NCBI GenBank assembly: GCA_965113315.1
Contig: OZ220368.1
Origin: Podarcis vaucheri
Taxonomy: Eukaryota
Length of the DNA stretch: 64,000 nucleotides
Reading direction: 5' to 3' (one strand)
Below the pieces are notes generated by a model. It saw nothing but the letters and a program-made list of their open reading frames with translations, searched no databases and was not told the origin of the DNA. Both the position numbers and the translations under genes were made by a program. This document shows, piece after piece, positions 13,471-27,183 of the stretch. Within the stretch, counting starts at the first letter, position 1. Each line of letters opens with the position of its first letter.

Positions 13471-13870
13471 TGTTATTGCCGTAATCCTTAAAATAACGCT
13501 GTGAGGTAGACTGGTATTAGTATTTGCATATTATAGAGAGTGCAGGAAGTGAGGCCCAAGAGTGTGACTTGCCCAAGGCTAACGAGAAGGTTCATGCTAG
13601 ACTCGAGGCATGATTTGAACCAGGGCCTTTCGGATTTTTAGCTCAAGGCTTTCAGGCCCTGGGCCACATCCATTCCCCATGCTGGATTTAATTTCACTTT
13701 TAATATGTATACTGCCTTTCTATATTACTATACACAAGGCAGTTTACAAGCTGAAAGACAACAAAATATACAACAAAGATGCTGATGTTTTAATGTATTT
13801 TTAATCTCTTGTTGGAAGCTGCCCAGAGTGGCTGGGGAAGCCCAACCAGATGGACAGGGTATAGGTATAA

Positions 13871-13871
<1 letters not shown>

Positions 13872-13923
<52 letters not shown>

Positions 13924-13944
13924 TACTACTACTACTACTACTAC
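13872..13944. repeat. Compound (TTA)n(CTA)n microsatellite at an L2-like tail
   Basis: Direct reading. Confidence 0.95.
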
Positions 13945-14267
13945 ACACCTTATAACAATCTGATAGGATACAAAGGATTCATAATAAAAACATAGTAACT
14001 TTAAAACAAACAACTTTTACCAAATAAAGCTGTATTCAATAATCCATTAGAATATAACAGTACAAAATAAAATTAATTCTCAAACTATCAGCAAATAATA
14101 ATCAGAAACTCACTCTTAACAATTATAATAAATGATTACTAAACTATAATCAAGTAAAATAACAGCAAGTGACAAGGCATAAAATACCACAATACATACA
14201 AAACCATGGAAACTGAAAAACAAAGACACACAATTTTACAAAATTATAATAATTTTGTTTCTGAAAG

Positions 14268-14459
14268 GAATGACTTCCTCAAGGAGATAAAGATTATGTC
14301 CAGGTTGAAGGACCCCAACATCATCAGGCTGCTGGCCGTGTGCATCACTGACGACCCCCTCTGCATGATCACCGAGTACATGGAGAATGGCGACCTCAAC
14401 CAATTCCTGTCTCGCCAGGAGCCCCAGAGCTTGTCGGAGTGCTCCACCCCTTCTGTCAG
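14268..14459 (+). CDS. DDR2: DDR2 kinase exon ([25 protein letters not shown]...[12 protein letters not shown]...PSV)
   Basis: aag|G acceptor, AG|gtagct donor, 192 nt. Confidence 0.97.
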
Positions 14460-15883
14460 GTAGCTCATGAAGGCTGTGTGAGTGCTGAGTTGTGCACTGC
14501 CTCCTCTGTGTGCAGGCCTCATTTAGGTGGCAGCTGTTCCACATTCTGACTCCACAAGCCGCTGAGCTTGTGTGTGCGCATGTTGTACTGTGCTGCACAA
14601 AAGGGCTCAAGGTGCAGTCCTTGGGCATTCCCCCCCCCCGAGCCTTTATTGGAGCAAAGGGGGTCCTCATTATCCCTCTTCTGCCCCCCAGCAAATATTT
14701 GATTCCCACCCATTTCATCCCACCACCTCCTGCAGCCTTGTCTGTTCACAGAACTATGATTGCTCTCCAGATGCTTCCTGTATAAATAATATTACAAGCT
14801 CGTTTTTTGCTCTGGGGAGACAACAAAATCAACGGCAGAGTGGAAGGGCTTGGTAAAAGTACTTTTTCACATTTCTGTCCAGGCTTTTGTCCACGATGGA
14901 ACTCGGAGCAGCATATCTGAGTCTTCTAGTCAGTGTCCTCTCCAGGCACTGGTCAGAACCAGACCTGCTTCGCTTTGGGAAGGTTGCTGCACCTTGCAGG
15001 TTCAGAGTGTGGCATCCTGGGATGGAGCCATAGGATTTGCTAGTTGGGGATGAAGACTAAGTTTGCTAAGGCAAGAGCTTGAAGAAGGGGGGGGGCACCC
15101 AGCATGTTACGGGAGGACATACTGTCTGCATTAGGCAGAGTTATTTTGGAGAGCAGGAGACCTTCAGGCAGATGAGGATGATAAAGTGGGAAGCTGAGAT
15201 ATCGGGAAAAGAGCAGGAAAGGTGTAGCAGAGACACAGAAAAACTAAGGGTAGGAAGAGAGATACTGTACTATCTCGGGGACTTTCAATTATAGGGATCA
15301 GTGTAAAAGAAAAGCATCATCTAGTTTTTCTTGTTGCAAGGCCAACTCAGCCATGTATTAAGTAGCCTTCACAACTGCCATGTTAGGGCTCGCCAGCACT
15401 TGCATTTGTCCTGCCCCTTTCTCCTGGGGAGACCCTCTATTTGCGGCTGAATCGGAACAAGCAATAATCGATTTTGCTACAGATTGATGTTTGTTCCAAT
15501 TCAGCGGTAAATAGAGGGTTTTCCTGGGGAAAACAGTGGAACAAGCAGAAAACCTCTCCGTCCCGTGCTTGACGGGCCCTGCATCTCCCTCTAGATTTAC
15601 CCACCTAATTAGGGCTTTCCTTTTGCTGCTCCAGCTGATGGTCAAACTACGTGTGACTTCTAGGTGTTTTTAAATGGCGTGTTTAAGACTGCCCACGTCT
15701 TTTTCTCTTATAAAAAGCAGCTGTGGGAGCCCTCAGTCAAGAGAGGCTGTAACAGCTGGATTAGTAGTTTGCCCCATGCATTCCCCACCCCCACTTCCCC
15801 CCCTAGCCCAAAGCTGCTATTTGCCTCATTTAAATAAGCTCAAAATCAAAGCCACAGAATGCCTATATTATGCAAATCCAATT

Positions 15884-16596
15884 GAAAAAACACGTAAACA
15901 TAATAGGCTGTATGATATCAATTGCAAAGTTATTTACTAGAAACTACTTCCTAAAAAATTAAATACAGCTTCTCATAAGTGTCAAAATCAACATCATGAC
16001 ATAATACATTAAAATGTAGCTTATTCAGTTGACAACCAAGTCCAGTACGTACAAAATACAAAGCCTATTTTGTCAGTGCTGTAATTCATTCATTTCCAAT
16101 TTCTTCATCTTCTCTTGTATTTTTCTGTCTGACGTATTCCTTAGAAGAGGGACATGAAATAATCTTCTAAGTGTCTAATGACGATGATAAAGTTGGTAGA
16201 CAAAAGAAACTGGCACTGGTAGATGCTGGCACAGGCAGACAAGACAAGGATTTTTAATTGGTGTACCTATTATATTACAAAGTGTCTGTGTTTGTATGAT
16301 TTAGAACTACGCACAGCTGACGAAGCCCCTTCGGGCAAAACAGGGGGATATCCAGGACAAATACAAGAGAAGACGAAGAAATTAGAAATGAATGAATTAC
16401 GGCACTGACAAAATAGGATTTGTATTTTGTACATATTGGACTTGGTTGTCAACAGAATAAGCTACATTTTAATATATTATGTCATGATGTTGATTTTGTT
16501 ACCATGAGAAACTGTATTAAATTTTTTAGGAAGTAGTTTCTAGTAAATATCTTTGCAATTGCTATCCTACAGCCTATTACTTTTACGTGTTTTTTC
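15884..16596. repeat. Long inverted repeat (arms 15884-16122 and 16359-16596), probably Penelope-like pLTR pair
   Basis: The arms align as reverse complements with about 20 differences by eye. The spacer holds a CTGACGA-stem-AAAA hammerhead-like core. Confidence 0.9.
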
Positions 16597-16636
16597 CATT
16601 TAAAAAAACAACATATTTTGGGTGGCAGCAGTTTGA

Positions 16637-17272
<636 letters not shown>

Positions 17273-17788
17273 TGAATATTGAAGGTAAACATTCTTAAGG
17301 TTTTTAAAAATTATACTTTTAATCAAGTTTGTGGAATCCAGTTTGATACCATGGTTGGCTTTGTTAGCATCCTGCAAATTGGAATCGCCACTCTATTTTT
17401 AAAACATTCCTTTGCCCCATCATGCTTTTATTTCTCTGATTGAACACAGGCAATTGACCTTTCAAGGGTTCCTTCTGATAGCAAACTCCCTGATGGTGAC
17501 CACAGAAAGGAGAGCTAAATTTGGCAAAGGCCTGAAAATAACAGCTTCTTTCAACATGCCCTGCAATTCCAGCTGTGCTTCTCCACCAATGAGGGACTGA
17601 GAACTAGACTACCAAACTAGACTGCCCCATAGCCTGAAAAAGTGTCTTCTGCTGTTGCCACATATTTTTCTCCTGGAAGTCTCTTTGGGCTCTTGGGAGA
17701 TGTACATTCCTGGATGTTTGTAAGTGCATGTTCCTAAATGGTGTGCTTTCTTTCTCCCTCTCTCCCACCCACCCATTTATCCACCCAG

Positions 17789-17938
17789 GGCAAGTTCACC
17801 ACAGCAAGTGACGTGTGGGCGTTTGGTGTGACACTCTGGGAGACTTTCACCTTTTGCCGCGAGCAGCCATATTCTCAGCTCTCAGATGAACAAGTCATTG
17901 AGAACACAGGAGAGTTCTTTAGGGATCAGGGACGGCAG
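17789..17938 (+). CDS. DDR2: DDR2 kinase exon ([18 protein letters not shown]...FRDQGRQ)
   Basis: ccag|GGC acceptor, CAG|gtatgg donor, 150 nt. Confidence 0.98.
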
Positions 17939-18354
17939 GTATGGAAACAACAGGAAATAGGAAAAAATGAAATTTACCAGGTCATCTGCTCCATTATGAG
18001 ACACTTGCATGTGCTTTAGGTGAAAAAGAGGACAGGACTACTGAACTTTTAAGAGTGTTGCATGCAAGATCCCAGGGACTTACCCAGGGTTTTGTTTCCT
18101 TGAAATTAGGGACAGTGGATGCTACGACATCTTGATGATATATAGTTTATTTATACATATATGCAACCTGAGCCTAAGAGGAAGAAGTTTACAGCATCAA
18201 CACCCCAGAAGGTCACATCCTTGGATTCCAACAGAAGTCAAGTGTGGCTTCTTCCATGACCCTGCTTCCAGCCCAGCTCACACACACACCCCAATAATTA
18301 CAAGGGACTCAGGCATCGTGCACGCTGAACCCCCAAATGCACAACAATACTTTA

Positions 18355-18596
18355 CAGTGGTACCTCAGGTTACATACACTTCAGGTTACAGACACTTCGG
18401 GTTACAGACTCTCCTAACCCAGAAATAATACCTCAGGTTAAGAACGTTGCTTCAGGATGAGAACAGAAATTGTGCTCCGGCAGCGCGGCAGCAGCAGGAG
18501 TCCCCATTAGCTAAAGTGGTGCTTCAGGTTAAGAACAATTTCAGGTTAAGAAGGGACCTCCGGAACGAATTAAGTACTTAACCCGAGGTACCACTG
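18355..18596. mobile_element. Tc1/mariner (Tigger/pogo-like) MITE, CAGTGGTACCTC family
   Basis: TIRs CAGTGGTACCTC/GAGGTACCACTG flanked by TA. Sister copies at 41370, 47379 and 49623. Confidence 0.9.
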
Positions 18597-19311
18597 TAGT
18601 TGGTTTATAAGCTGCTTTCCCACAGTGAATTTTATCCAAAGCAGCTCACCACAAACACCAGCTTATCAATGTACCAAACATCCCCCTCGCAAATTTTTTT
18701 TTACAAAATGTATCAATAAATTTGAGTGTCAAAAATATTTACAAGCACAATATTACAAAGAAATAATATAATCTTAATACATAAAATGAAAGGTAATTCC
18801 CATGGCTTCCTTTCCTACCAGAATTGTGAGCTGTTTTAAAATAATTATAGATTAAATCTTGCACTTACACTCATCCAGCTGGCATCCCATAAATACAGTG
18901 GTGTTTTTGTTGTTGTGTGCTTTTTTCCTTGACAGGGACTCAAGGCAGCTATGGTGCTGTGTTCTGGGGGGAAAATGGGAGACTTTAAATCAGGATAATA
19001 AATAAGCCATGATTAGATTCTGGAAAGATTTACAAACCTGTGTTGTTGAATAGAAACATGGGTGAATGTGGGATTGAGGGAATGGATGCAATGAAGCGGA
19101 ATATTATTACTGGAGCTTTAAAAATGGAGTCAGAAAAATGGGTGGGATGGGAAGAAAATCAGTGTGACACTTCTGCTAGAATGAAGAACATGGCTTCCAT
19201 TCTTCATATGTAAACGAGGAGGGGAAAGATGCTCTTCCTTACCTAGTTATGATGAGGATGAACACAATGAAGAGGAAACATACTTTTTGAGCCCAAGTAC
19301 AGTATAAATCA

Positions 19312-19660
19312 TGGATGCAGGTGGCGCTGTGTGTTAAACCACAGAACCTAGGACTTGCCAATCAGAAGGTCGGCAGTTTGAATCCCCGCGACGGGGTGAG
19401 CTCCTGTTGCTCGGTCCCAGCTCCTGCCAACCTAGCAGTTCAAAAGCACATCTAAGTGCAAATAGATAAATAGGTACCGCTCCGGTGGGAAGGTAAATGG
19501 CGTTTCCGTGCACTGCTCTGGTTCGCCAGAAACGGCTTAGTCATGCTGGCCACATGACCCAGAAGCTGAACGTCGGCTCCCTCGGCCAATAAAGCGGGAT
19601 GAGCGCCGCAACTCCAGAGTCGATCACGACTGGACCTAATGGTCAGGGGTCCCTTTACCT
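19312..19660 (+). mobile_element. Sauria SINE, full length
   Basis: GGTGGCGCTGTG head, (ACCTTT)-type tail, perfect 14-bp TSD tacagtataaatca (19298-19311 / 19661-19674). Confidence 0.95.
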
Positions 19661-19841
19661 TACAGTATAAATCAGGAAAGCTGTGATCTTCCAAATCTTC
19701 CAACTCCCATTGTCTCTGGTTATTGGAGCCAGGCACATCTGAAGCACATTTCTCCCCTCAAAAAATTCTGGGCACTGTAGTTTAACCCACACAGAGTTAC
19801 AATTCTCAGCAACTCTTTGCATATCGTAGTGCCCAAAATTA

Positions 19842-20082
19842 CAGGTGAAACTCAGAATATTGTGGAAAAGTTCATTTATTTCAGTAATTCAACTTAAAAG
19901 GTGAAACTAATGTATGAGACTCATGACATGCAAAGCGAGATATGTCAAGCCTTTATTTGTTATAATTGTGATGATCATGGCATACAGCTGATGAAAACCC
20001 CAAATTAACAATCTCATAAAATTAGAATATTAAATGAAATCAGCCAAACAAGGATTGCAAATAGAGTAATATTGGACCTCTG
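19842..20082 (+). mobile_element. Tc1-like transposon terminal repeat fragment
   Basis: TA|CAGGTG start, then agaatattgtggaaaagttcatttatttcagtaattcaact, with an internal repeat of agaatatt. Resembles Tc1 TIRs known from fish and amphibians (from memory, not searched). Confidence 0.65.
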
Positions 20083-20650
20083 CAGGAGGGGGGCGGACAC
20101 TCAGGCCAGCAGTGGTTGGGGTGGTGGTGGCAGGCAGGCTGTGGTGGGGAGGGCAAGCAGGCAGGGTGGGGGGATGGCCTGATTTCCCATTTGCACTACG
20201 GCATGTTGACAATTTTTCACCCCTGACTGGAAGCACTCCAAGCCTTGAGTAGTCTGGATTGCCCCACTAGCAGGACCTTCCTTGCCTTGCAGATCATGCC
20301 ATCTTCTTCTTAGAACAAGGAAAACGAGAGTTCTCGTGTGGTCTACTGGGTAGAGTAATTGGCCCTGAGTTCAAATTCCCCCAGAGCCATAAAATTATGT
20401 CAGCCTCTGATTAATCCTCTCAGCCTCAACTTGTAAGCCATCCTGGATTCTTTGGAGGAAATGGGGCTACAGATCTGATTAATAAGTAATCATTAATAAA
20501 TGAAGTAGATTACTTTCAGCTACATTCCAGCTCTGCTGTTACATGCCACAAATGAAATCTGAAGTCTCCGGCTTCTAGTGTCTTTTTGAGAGGGGTTTTA
20601 TCTGCCTTTATTCAGTATCTGTTCTCTCTCTCTCTTTTTCCTATTTAAAG

Positions 20651-20788
20651 ACCTACCTTCCGCAGCCTGCCTGCTGTCCTGATCCTGTATATAAGCTAAT
20701 GCTCAGCTGCTGGAGACGAGACACCAAAAACCGACCCTCCTTCCAGGAAATCCATTGCCTTCTCCAAGAAGCAACCACTTTGTTGTGA
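20651..20788 (+). CDS. DDR2: DDR2 last coding exon ([45 protein letters not shown])
   Basis: Polypyrimidine tract + aaag|ACC acceptor, TGA at 20786-20788. Absent from the ORF track. Confidence 0.97.
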   Translation, partial: TYLPQPACCPDPVYKLMLSCWRRDTKNRPSFQEIHCLLQEATTLL

Positions 20789-21699
20789 TGCCTTTCCTTC
20801 ATGCCCTAAATACTCTGGACCGTCCCAGCCCATCTGCCCTCAAAAACTTACACATAGAACTGAAGCCACTTCACCTGGACTCACAATTTCTTTCAGTAGC
20901 GGAGTTGGGACTTTCGTTATCGGCCACCAAAGGAAAGGAAAGGAAAAAGATGGGATCTGACCAGGTCTACCACACAACCTCATTCAAGGTGCTATACTTT
21001 GGATTGGCAAAGACTGGGGGAAGGGATGCTATTTATCTTGTAATGTCATAGGTTCCGGTTTATGAATGGGTTTAGTCTGCGATGGGAAGAGGAAAAGACG
21101 ACTCTTATTTTCTTATTTTCCTCTGAAGGAGGAACTTGAGATGTAGTCTGACTACACAGACTTGAGGTGGGAATAGGCAAACACACACACAGCTAGGAAG
21201 AGCGCCAGCACTTTATGCCCGGGGCTGTGTGTGTGTTGCAGTTCTGCCTGAGTGTAGAAAAAGAGTAGAATATGATACCGGATGTAGAATTTGGCTTCTT
21301 TAACTCAGCTTTCATTTTAAATAGGAATAAGTTTTATGGTCTTTATTACCGTGTCTATACACTTGAAAGTGTACAAACAATGCTTGCTGAAATCTCAGAA
21401 GCCAGAAAAATCGCTGAGGTAGGTTTCCAGTGGTTTGTGAGACAGTCCTAATGCACCCCCCCCAAAAAAAAATTAACCAGATATGAAAAATTGTGCAGAT
21501 TTGCCCAGCTTGCACATTTTACACAATAATCAGAATTTGGATCACTTTGTGCTGGTTAAATCTTCTTTTTTAGTGTGGAGTACAGACTGCCTCAATTTAG
21601 GTTTTTTTGTATGCTATATGAAATATAGAAATGTCTCCTCCTATACACTCCAGATCTAGAGCTTCTGAGAATCTCTCGATTTATCTATTTTAGAGCGCA

Positions 21700-22200
21700 T
21701 GAAGATTTTTAATACTGTGTACAGTCCTGGCTTCTCCCATCTCAAAAGGGTTAACATGGAGCTGGAAAAAGTGCAGCAGAGGGCAACTAAAATGAACTGG
21801 CCAAAGTGGCCATTTGAGGCACTTTAGATTAGAAAATGGCAAGTAATGGAGGGCATGATAAAGGCTTAGAAAATTATTCACAGTGTGGAGAACGATAATT
21901 TTTTCTCACTATCCCTAATAAGGCTAGGACTCACAAGTATGCAATGAAATCTATGGCACATCAGTTCAAGAGAGTCAAAAGAGAGCGTTATTTCCTACTA
22001 TGGATAATTATCATATGGAATTCAGTGCCACATGCTTTGGTGGTGGCCACTGGCTTAGATGACTTCGAAAGGGGATTAGATAAATTCATCAAGGGTGCAG
22101 TCCACAAGTGGCCATTAGCCATGACAGCTTCAGGGACAGCTTATCTCCTAATTCCGGTTACTGGGGCCAAACAGTGAGGTTCCTGTTTCTGGGTTTCCCA
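21700..22200 (+). mobile_element. Old decayed CR1-type 3' fragment (approximate)
   Basis: ggagctggaaaaagtgcagcagagggcaactaaaatga...gggattagataaattcat follows the CR1 ORF2 end. Confidence 0.6.
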
Positions 22201-25200
22201 GAAGCCTCTGGCTGGCTTTGGTCTGATTCTCCAAGTTTCTACTTATTGCCCAGGCTTTACCTCTCTGTAGCATCCCATTCTTTCATCTTTTTTCTCCAGA
22301 GCCTCAAAAGCTCATGCTCCAAGCTGTTTTGAGAACAGGAAAGGCCTATCATTTTGCTTCTATGAAATAGCTGCCTTCTGCAGAATAGATTCCTGGAATT
22401 GCTTAGTAGTAGGGCATGGTAGCTACCAAAGAAAAAGGTATAAAATTTTAGGAATTGTTAACTAAACTGAGTAAACCTTGTCACCAAAGTTCCCTGTCAA
22501 AATCTTTGCATTTTGTACCTTCAGAATTTGTAGGCTGGCCCATAATAACAATGGAAGATGCGTAGAGTTGGGATGTTCAGCTACAGCAGAGTAAGCGGCT
22601 AGATTTAGCCTTCAACAGTCAGGGCAGCACAAAGCTGCAAAATCTGCCTTTTGGAATTGGGCTGTATCTGGAATCTAGGGAACAGGAGAGCTCTGAAATA
22701 AAGAAGGCTGTCACCATACAAGGGTCTCTGCAGACAAGTCCCATTTTGAGCGGGTCACAGGCTGATAGTGAGGCAGCAGAGGGGTGGCAGGTGGCTTGCT
22801 TGCTGAAAACCAGAGATAGTATGAAACCTCTTGAGGTGGCCTACCATGAGGGGATAGGAGCTCTTGTAAGGCTCCTACTCATTTCAGTGAGGTGAATGGT
22901 GAAGGGCTAGCAAACTGGAGGCAGTTGGGTACCAACCAGGGAGCTAGTCTGAAAGCAGCTGAGAACCAAACTAGGCATGAAGCAGGCAGCTGCATCTGTA
23001 CTTACATACCTCTGCCTCCTTCCCATATAAAGTGGGAGGTTGGGGGAGGTCTGATGAAAGAGCTGGATTCTTGGTCTTTCCTCCCCTGTATTATCTTCCC
23101 ATGTTTCATCTCCCCAGCCAAGTTCACTTTTGGCATCGGACCAAAGCCGGGAGAAAAGTGTCTGAAGCAGCAGAGTAAAGGGAGGTGATCCTGAGGAGTG
23201 AAGGAGAGAGCCAGCTTCTCTCAGATGCATGTACCTTTTGTTGTAGAAAAAACCATCCTCACACGCCCCACACTTTATACATGAAAGGGGCAGATGGGTG
23301 AACAAATGCGACTATTTCCATCATGTCTGCTTTGGCCCTTGGCCTGCACAAGTTGCTCAGACTAAAGTGCCAGGCAAAATGAGTAAGTTTTATAGGAGCA
23401 AGCACTAATCTATTGGCTGTTTGTGCCACCTCAGCCACAGGCCGAGTGCAGGTCTTTTCAGCAAAGTGGCACAAAAAGCAACGTGCTTCAAGACCTCCAG
23501 TGCCTTATGGGATGTTCCAGTCGATTATGTCCCATAGTCATCGACAGGAGGGGGTGGGCATCCTGCTTCAAGCACCAAAATGTGTTGGGCTAGCCTTTTG
23601 TGAACAGCAAGCATGCTGCTTCTTTCTTCTTGCAAGGCTTAGTGAGGTGAACCTGTGAGACTTTGTGATTTCAGATCTGAAAATCTTTGACTTCTTGCTC
23701 TTCTGGGTGTGGAGCATGGAGTTGCGACCACAGTCCTATGGCCTCCAATGTGGCAATTCACACGGGTGGGGTGGGAGCCATCAACAAGCAGATGAAGCAT
23801 AATAAGGGATGAATAGATGACTTCCTTCTGCAGCAGGACTTGGCACCAACACGGGGGTTCTGAACAAAGTCAAAATTGTCTCTATGGATCTGGAAACCAC
23901 CTGGAAACCACAGCTCTAAAAGCATAGTTCTCAAGGTGTGAGGTGGGCTTCTTGGACAGTGCAGATAACAGAAAAGAGAGAGACAGATTGTTCCTTGAAA
24001 CTGCAAGGCCAGTTTGGGGTATGTTTTGACTGGGCTGAGAGATGGATTGCATCCTTTCACTCCCAGTCAGTCATGGGTGGCTCGGTGCCTAATTTCAACA
24101 TGTAGTAATAGTTTGCCAAATGTGTCTGTTTTGCTCTTTCTCTCATCTGGCACTGCTCTTCACTTTCTTGGGATCCATCATGCAAGGAACCTTAAATCAT
24201 GCTGTGTCAGTCTTCCCTCCTTTCCCTTTGATCGCTAGCCAAGGACAGGGGGAACGAGCTCTTGCCAGGCTTCCTTTCGGTCTTTGTATCTTGGGAGGCT
24301 CAAGCATTCCAGTTCTTCTTTTCGGATTATCACCATCGTCAGCATCATGTTCTTTGTATGCTGCCTTTCCTTAGTTAAAGCAATGTGCAAGGCAGCTTAC
24401 AACATGAAAATATTTACATAATTACAAACACAACTGAAACAATTATAAACAATGATTAAACACATCAAAATGTACAAATCTGAACAATTTCCACATTCAT
24501 CATAATAAGATCTAAAAATCAAGATAAAAATACTATCTATAACAGCAACAAAAGCCTTTCGGCACTTTTAGTGGTTGCTTCATTTAAATATAACTTTGTC
24601 AGACTTGACGCAAGTCACAGTCTGCGGGGAGAGACTGGCAGAAGTGAGCTGAGGCAGACCTGGGCAGACCTGGGCAGAGTGAAATAATCAGGATAACTGA
24701 GGAGTCTTCTTCCTGTGGTGTCAAACTCTCCACATACCCCTCTGTCCAGCACCCTGAAAGGCACCACGCTATTTCCCCTGCTAGAGGATACATTCTTGCA
24801 ATTGCCATTTTACAATTACTTACTAAGATCTAAATATCTCACTTAGACGTCTGCACAAACAGCCTGGCTTCCTTCGATGGGCTTTGCTGCTTCTGATTCA
24901 GTAGCATTCGGCTAATTTGCATCTTAGTGACTGCTCATTTACTCATACCACAAAACTAAACTAGGGGTGAGGGAATTTTGGGCCATGAAATGTGGGGAGG
25001 TAAGATGTGCGTCCATAGCTCATTGCCTTCCAATGTGCTCCTCACTTTTTAAGGATTTTTGAGGATTATTGCACTTTTGTTGGTAGCATTGGTACGTGCA
25101 ATTAAGCACATGCTTGTTTTATTTTGTCGCCAAGGGAGTCTTGTAACTAGATTTTTGAAGTATGAAATCGCAGATATAACATAGAAAAACAAACACCAGA

Positions 25201-26823
25201 AACCCCACCTTTCACGTAAAGAGAAGAATCTACTTTTCCTCCCAACTGTAAAGTTAATTTTTTAATTTTTTTACCATAGTAACACCACATTATATGCTAC
25301 AGCTTCCCACCATTGGTGGTTTAGATGGAGGTGAAATAACTCATGTTTGTAAATAGCTTGCGACCTGATTGCTTATGGGAACTAAAAATTCCATCCAGGC
25401 TCCAGATCACCAGGTTGGGAAGGTTCTGTAATCCCCCCCCCCGCCTTCCAGTCTCTCCCTCCCTGCCTTTCTCTCCTATAAAAGGCTCAGGTGTATGTAT
25501 TTAAGCAGACATTTTATGAAATTATTCACAATATAGGTCATATTTGCACTACATAACAAATGAATTACCGAGACATCAAATAACACAGAACTGCAGTATG
25601 TCACAAGTGAAGATGCAGTCTTAACAACAACCATTGTATATAGGCACACTTTGGTAAACTCTTCATAAAGCATCTTGGTAGAAGCCTGGTTTAAAAACCG
25701 GGCTCAGGGCGGCTAACAGCAAATATAAAACATTGATTAGAATGCAACTTAAAAACAGCATAAAGCAGCATAAAATACAACATAAAATGCAGCATCAGTA
25801 TCAATAAAATTCAAAAATTCAGGGGTCATTTTTTGGGGGGGGAGAACAAAACCCAGTCAGTAGACACCAAATGATCACCAGGGCTAACTGGCCAAGTTGG
25901 TCCTACTAGGGCCAGCAAGGAGACCAGGGAAGAATTTAAATGTGGGGTCCCAGAAAGGGTTTCTTCATAGGACAGGGAAAAGGGAATAGAGGATCAGGCT
26001 AATTCAAATTGAAGGCCAGGCGGAATAGCTCTGTCTTACAGGCCCTGTGGAAGGAGATCAAGTCCTGCAGGGCCCTCGTCTTGTGGGACAGAGCATTCCA
26101 CCAGGTCGGAGAGGTCACTGAAAAAGCCCTGGCCCTGGCAGAGAATAGTCTGGCTTCCTTAGGGCCCAGGACCTTTAAGCTATTATTACCTTAGGGTGCT
26201 CTGTGGGACATACCAGGAGAGGCGGTCCCGTAAGTACAATCTAAAAAGTTTGGGAAAATAAAAAGAAACAGTTTATTTTAGAGCAGGTTGTGTATTGCAT
26301 CCATCACATTGCAAGTCGTCACCTACAAGTGGAAGTGGACCTAGCAAGGAGCAACAGATGTTTCAGGGTGGAGGGCTCCTGTTTGGGGTGTGGGCCAGCT
26401 CAACCACCTACGCCTTTGTTCAGGATACTCCGTTCCATTAACCCCCTCCTAGTTTTCTGACACACCCACAACTTTCCCCCAACAGATGCTCAGCTTTCTG
26501 TGGCCACTGAAAAGGGGTTGATAAAGGGGCTGCCTTCCTGTCAGATCCAAAATTTGTTGTTGTTAGGATCTGCTCAGTAGGTGCGGTGAGCCTGAAGCAC
26601 CGCCCCCCCCCCCAGGCACAGAGGCAAGTGTGCCCTTTCTCTGAGTGCCAGCAAATGCTATTAAGTGCCATGACCACTGCTGAATATAGAGGTCACCTAT
26701 TGCTGCCATAGCTAATAACCACTCACAGTTTTTCCCTGCATGAATTTGTGTAATACCCTTCTAAAGCCAGCAGCCATCACTACAGCATCTGACCGCTAAT
26801 TAACTATTATTGTTTGTTAACTA

Positions 26824-27183
26824 AAAGGTAAAGGTACCCCTGACCGTTAGGTCCAATTGCGGACAACTCTGGGGTTGCGCTCTCATCTCGCTCTATAGGC
26901 CAAGGGAGCTGGTGTTTGTCCGCAGACAGCTTCCAGGTCATGTGGCCAGCATGAATAAGCCGCTTCTGGTGAACCAGAGCAGTGCACGGAAACTCTGTTT
27001 ACCTTCCCGCTGGAGCGATACCTATTTATCTACTTGCATTTTGATGTGCTTTCGAACTGCTAGCTGGGCAGGAGCAGGGACTGAGCAATGGGAGGTCACC
27101 CTGTTGCGGGGATTCGAACCGCCAACCTTTTGATTGGCAAGTCCTAGGCTCTGTGGTTTAGACCACAGCGCCACCCGCGTCCC
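26824..27183 (-). mobile_element. Sauria SINE
   Basis: Reverse complement of the 19312 family. aaaggtaaagg tail, imperfect TSD ttgtt(tg/ca)ttaacta. Confidence 0.93.

Noticed and set aside
18355-18430. CRISPR-like repeated CAGGTTACA units
   Set aside because: These are subterminal repeats of a Tigger-like MITE in a vertebrate genome, with no unique spacers and no cas genes.
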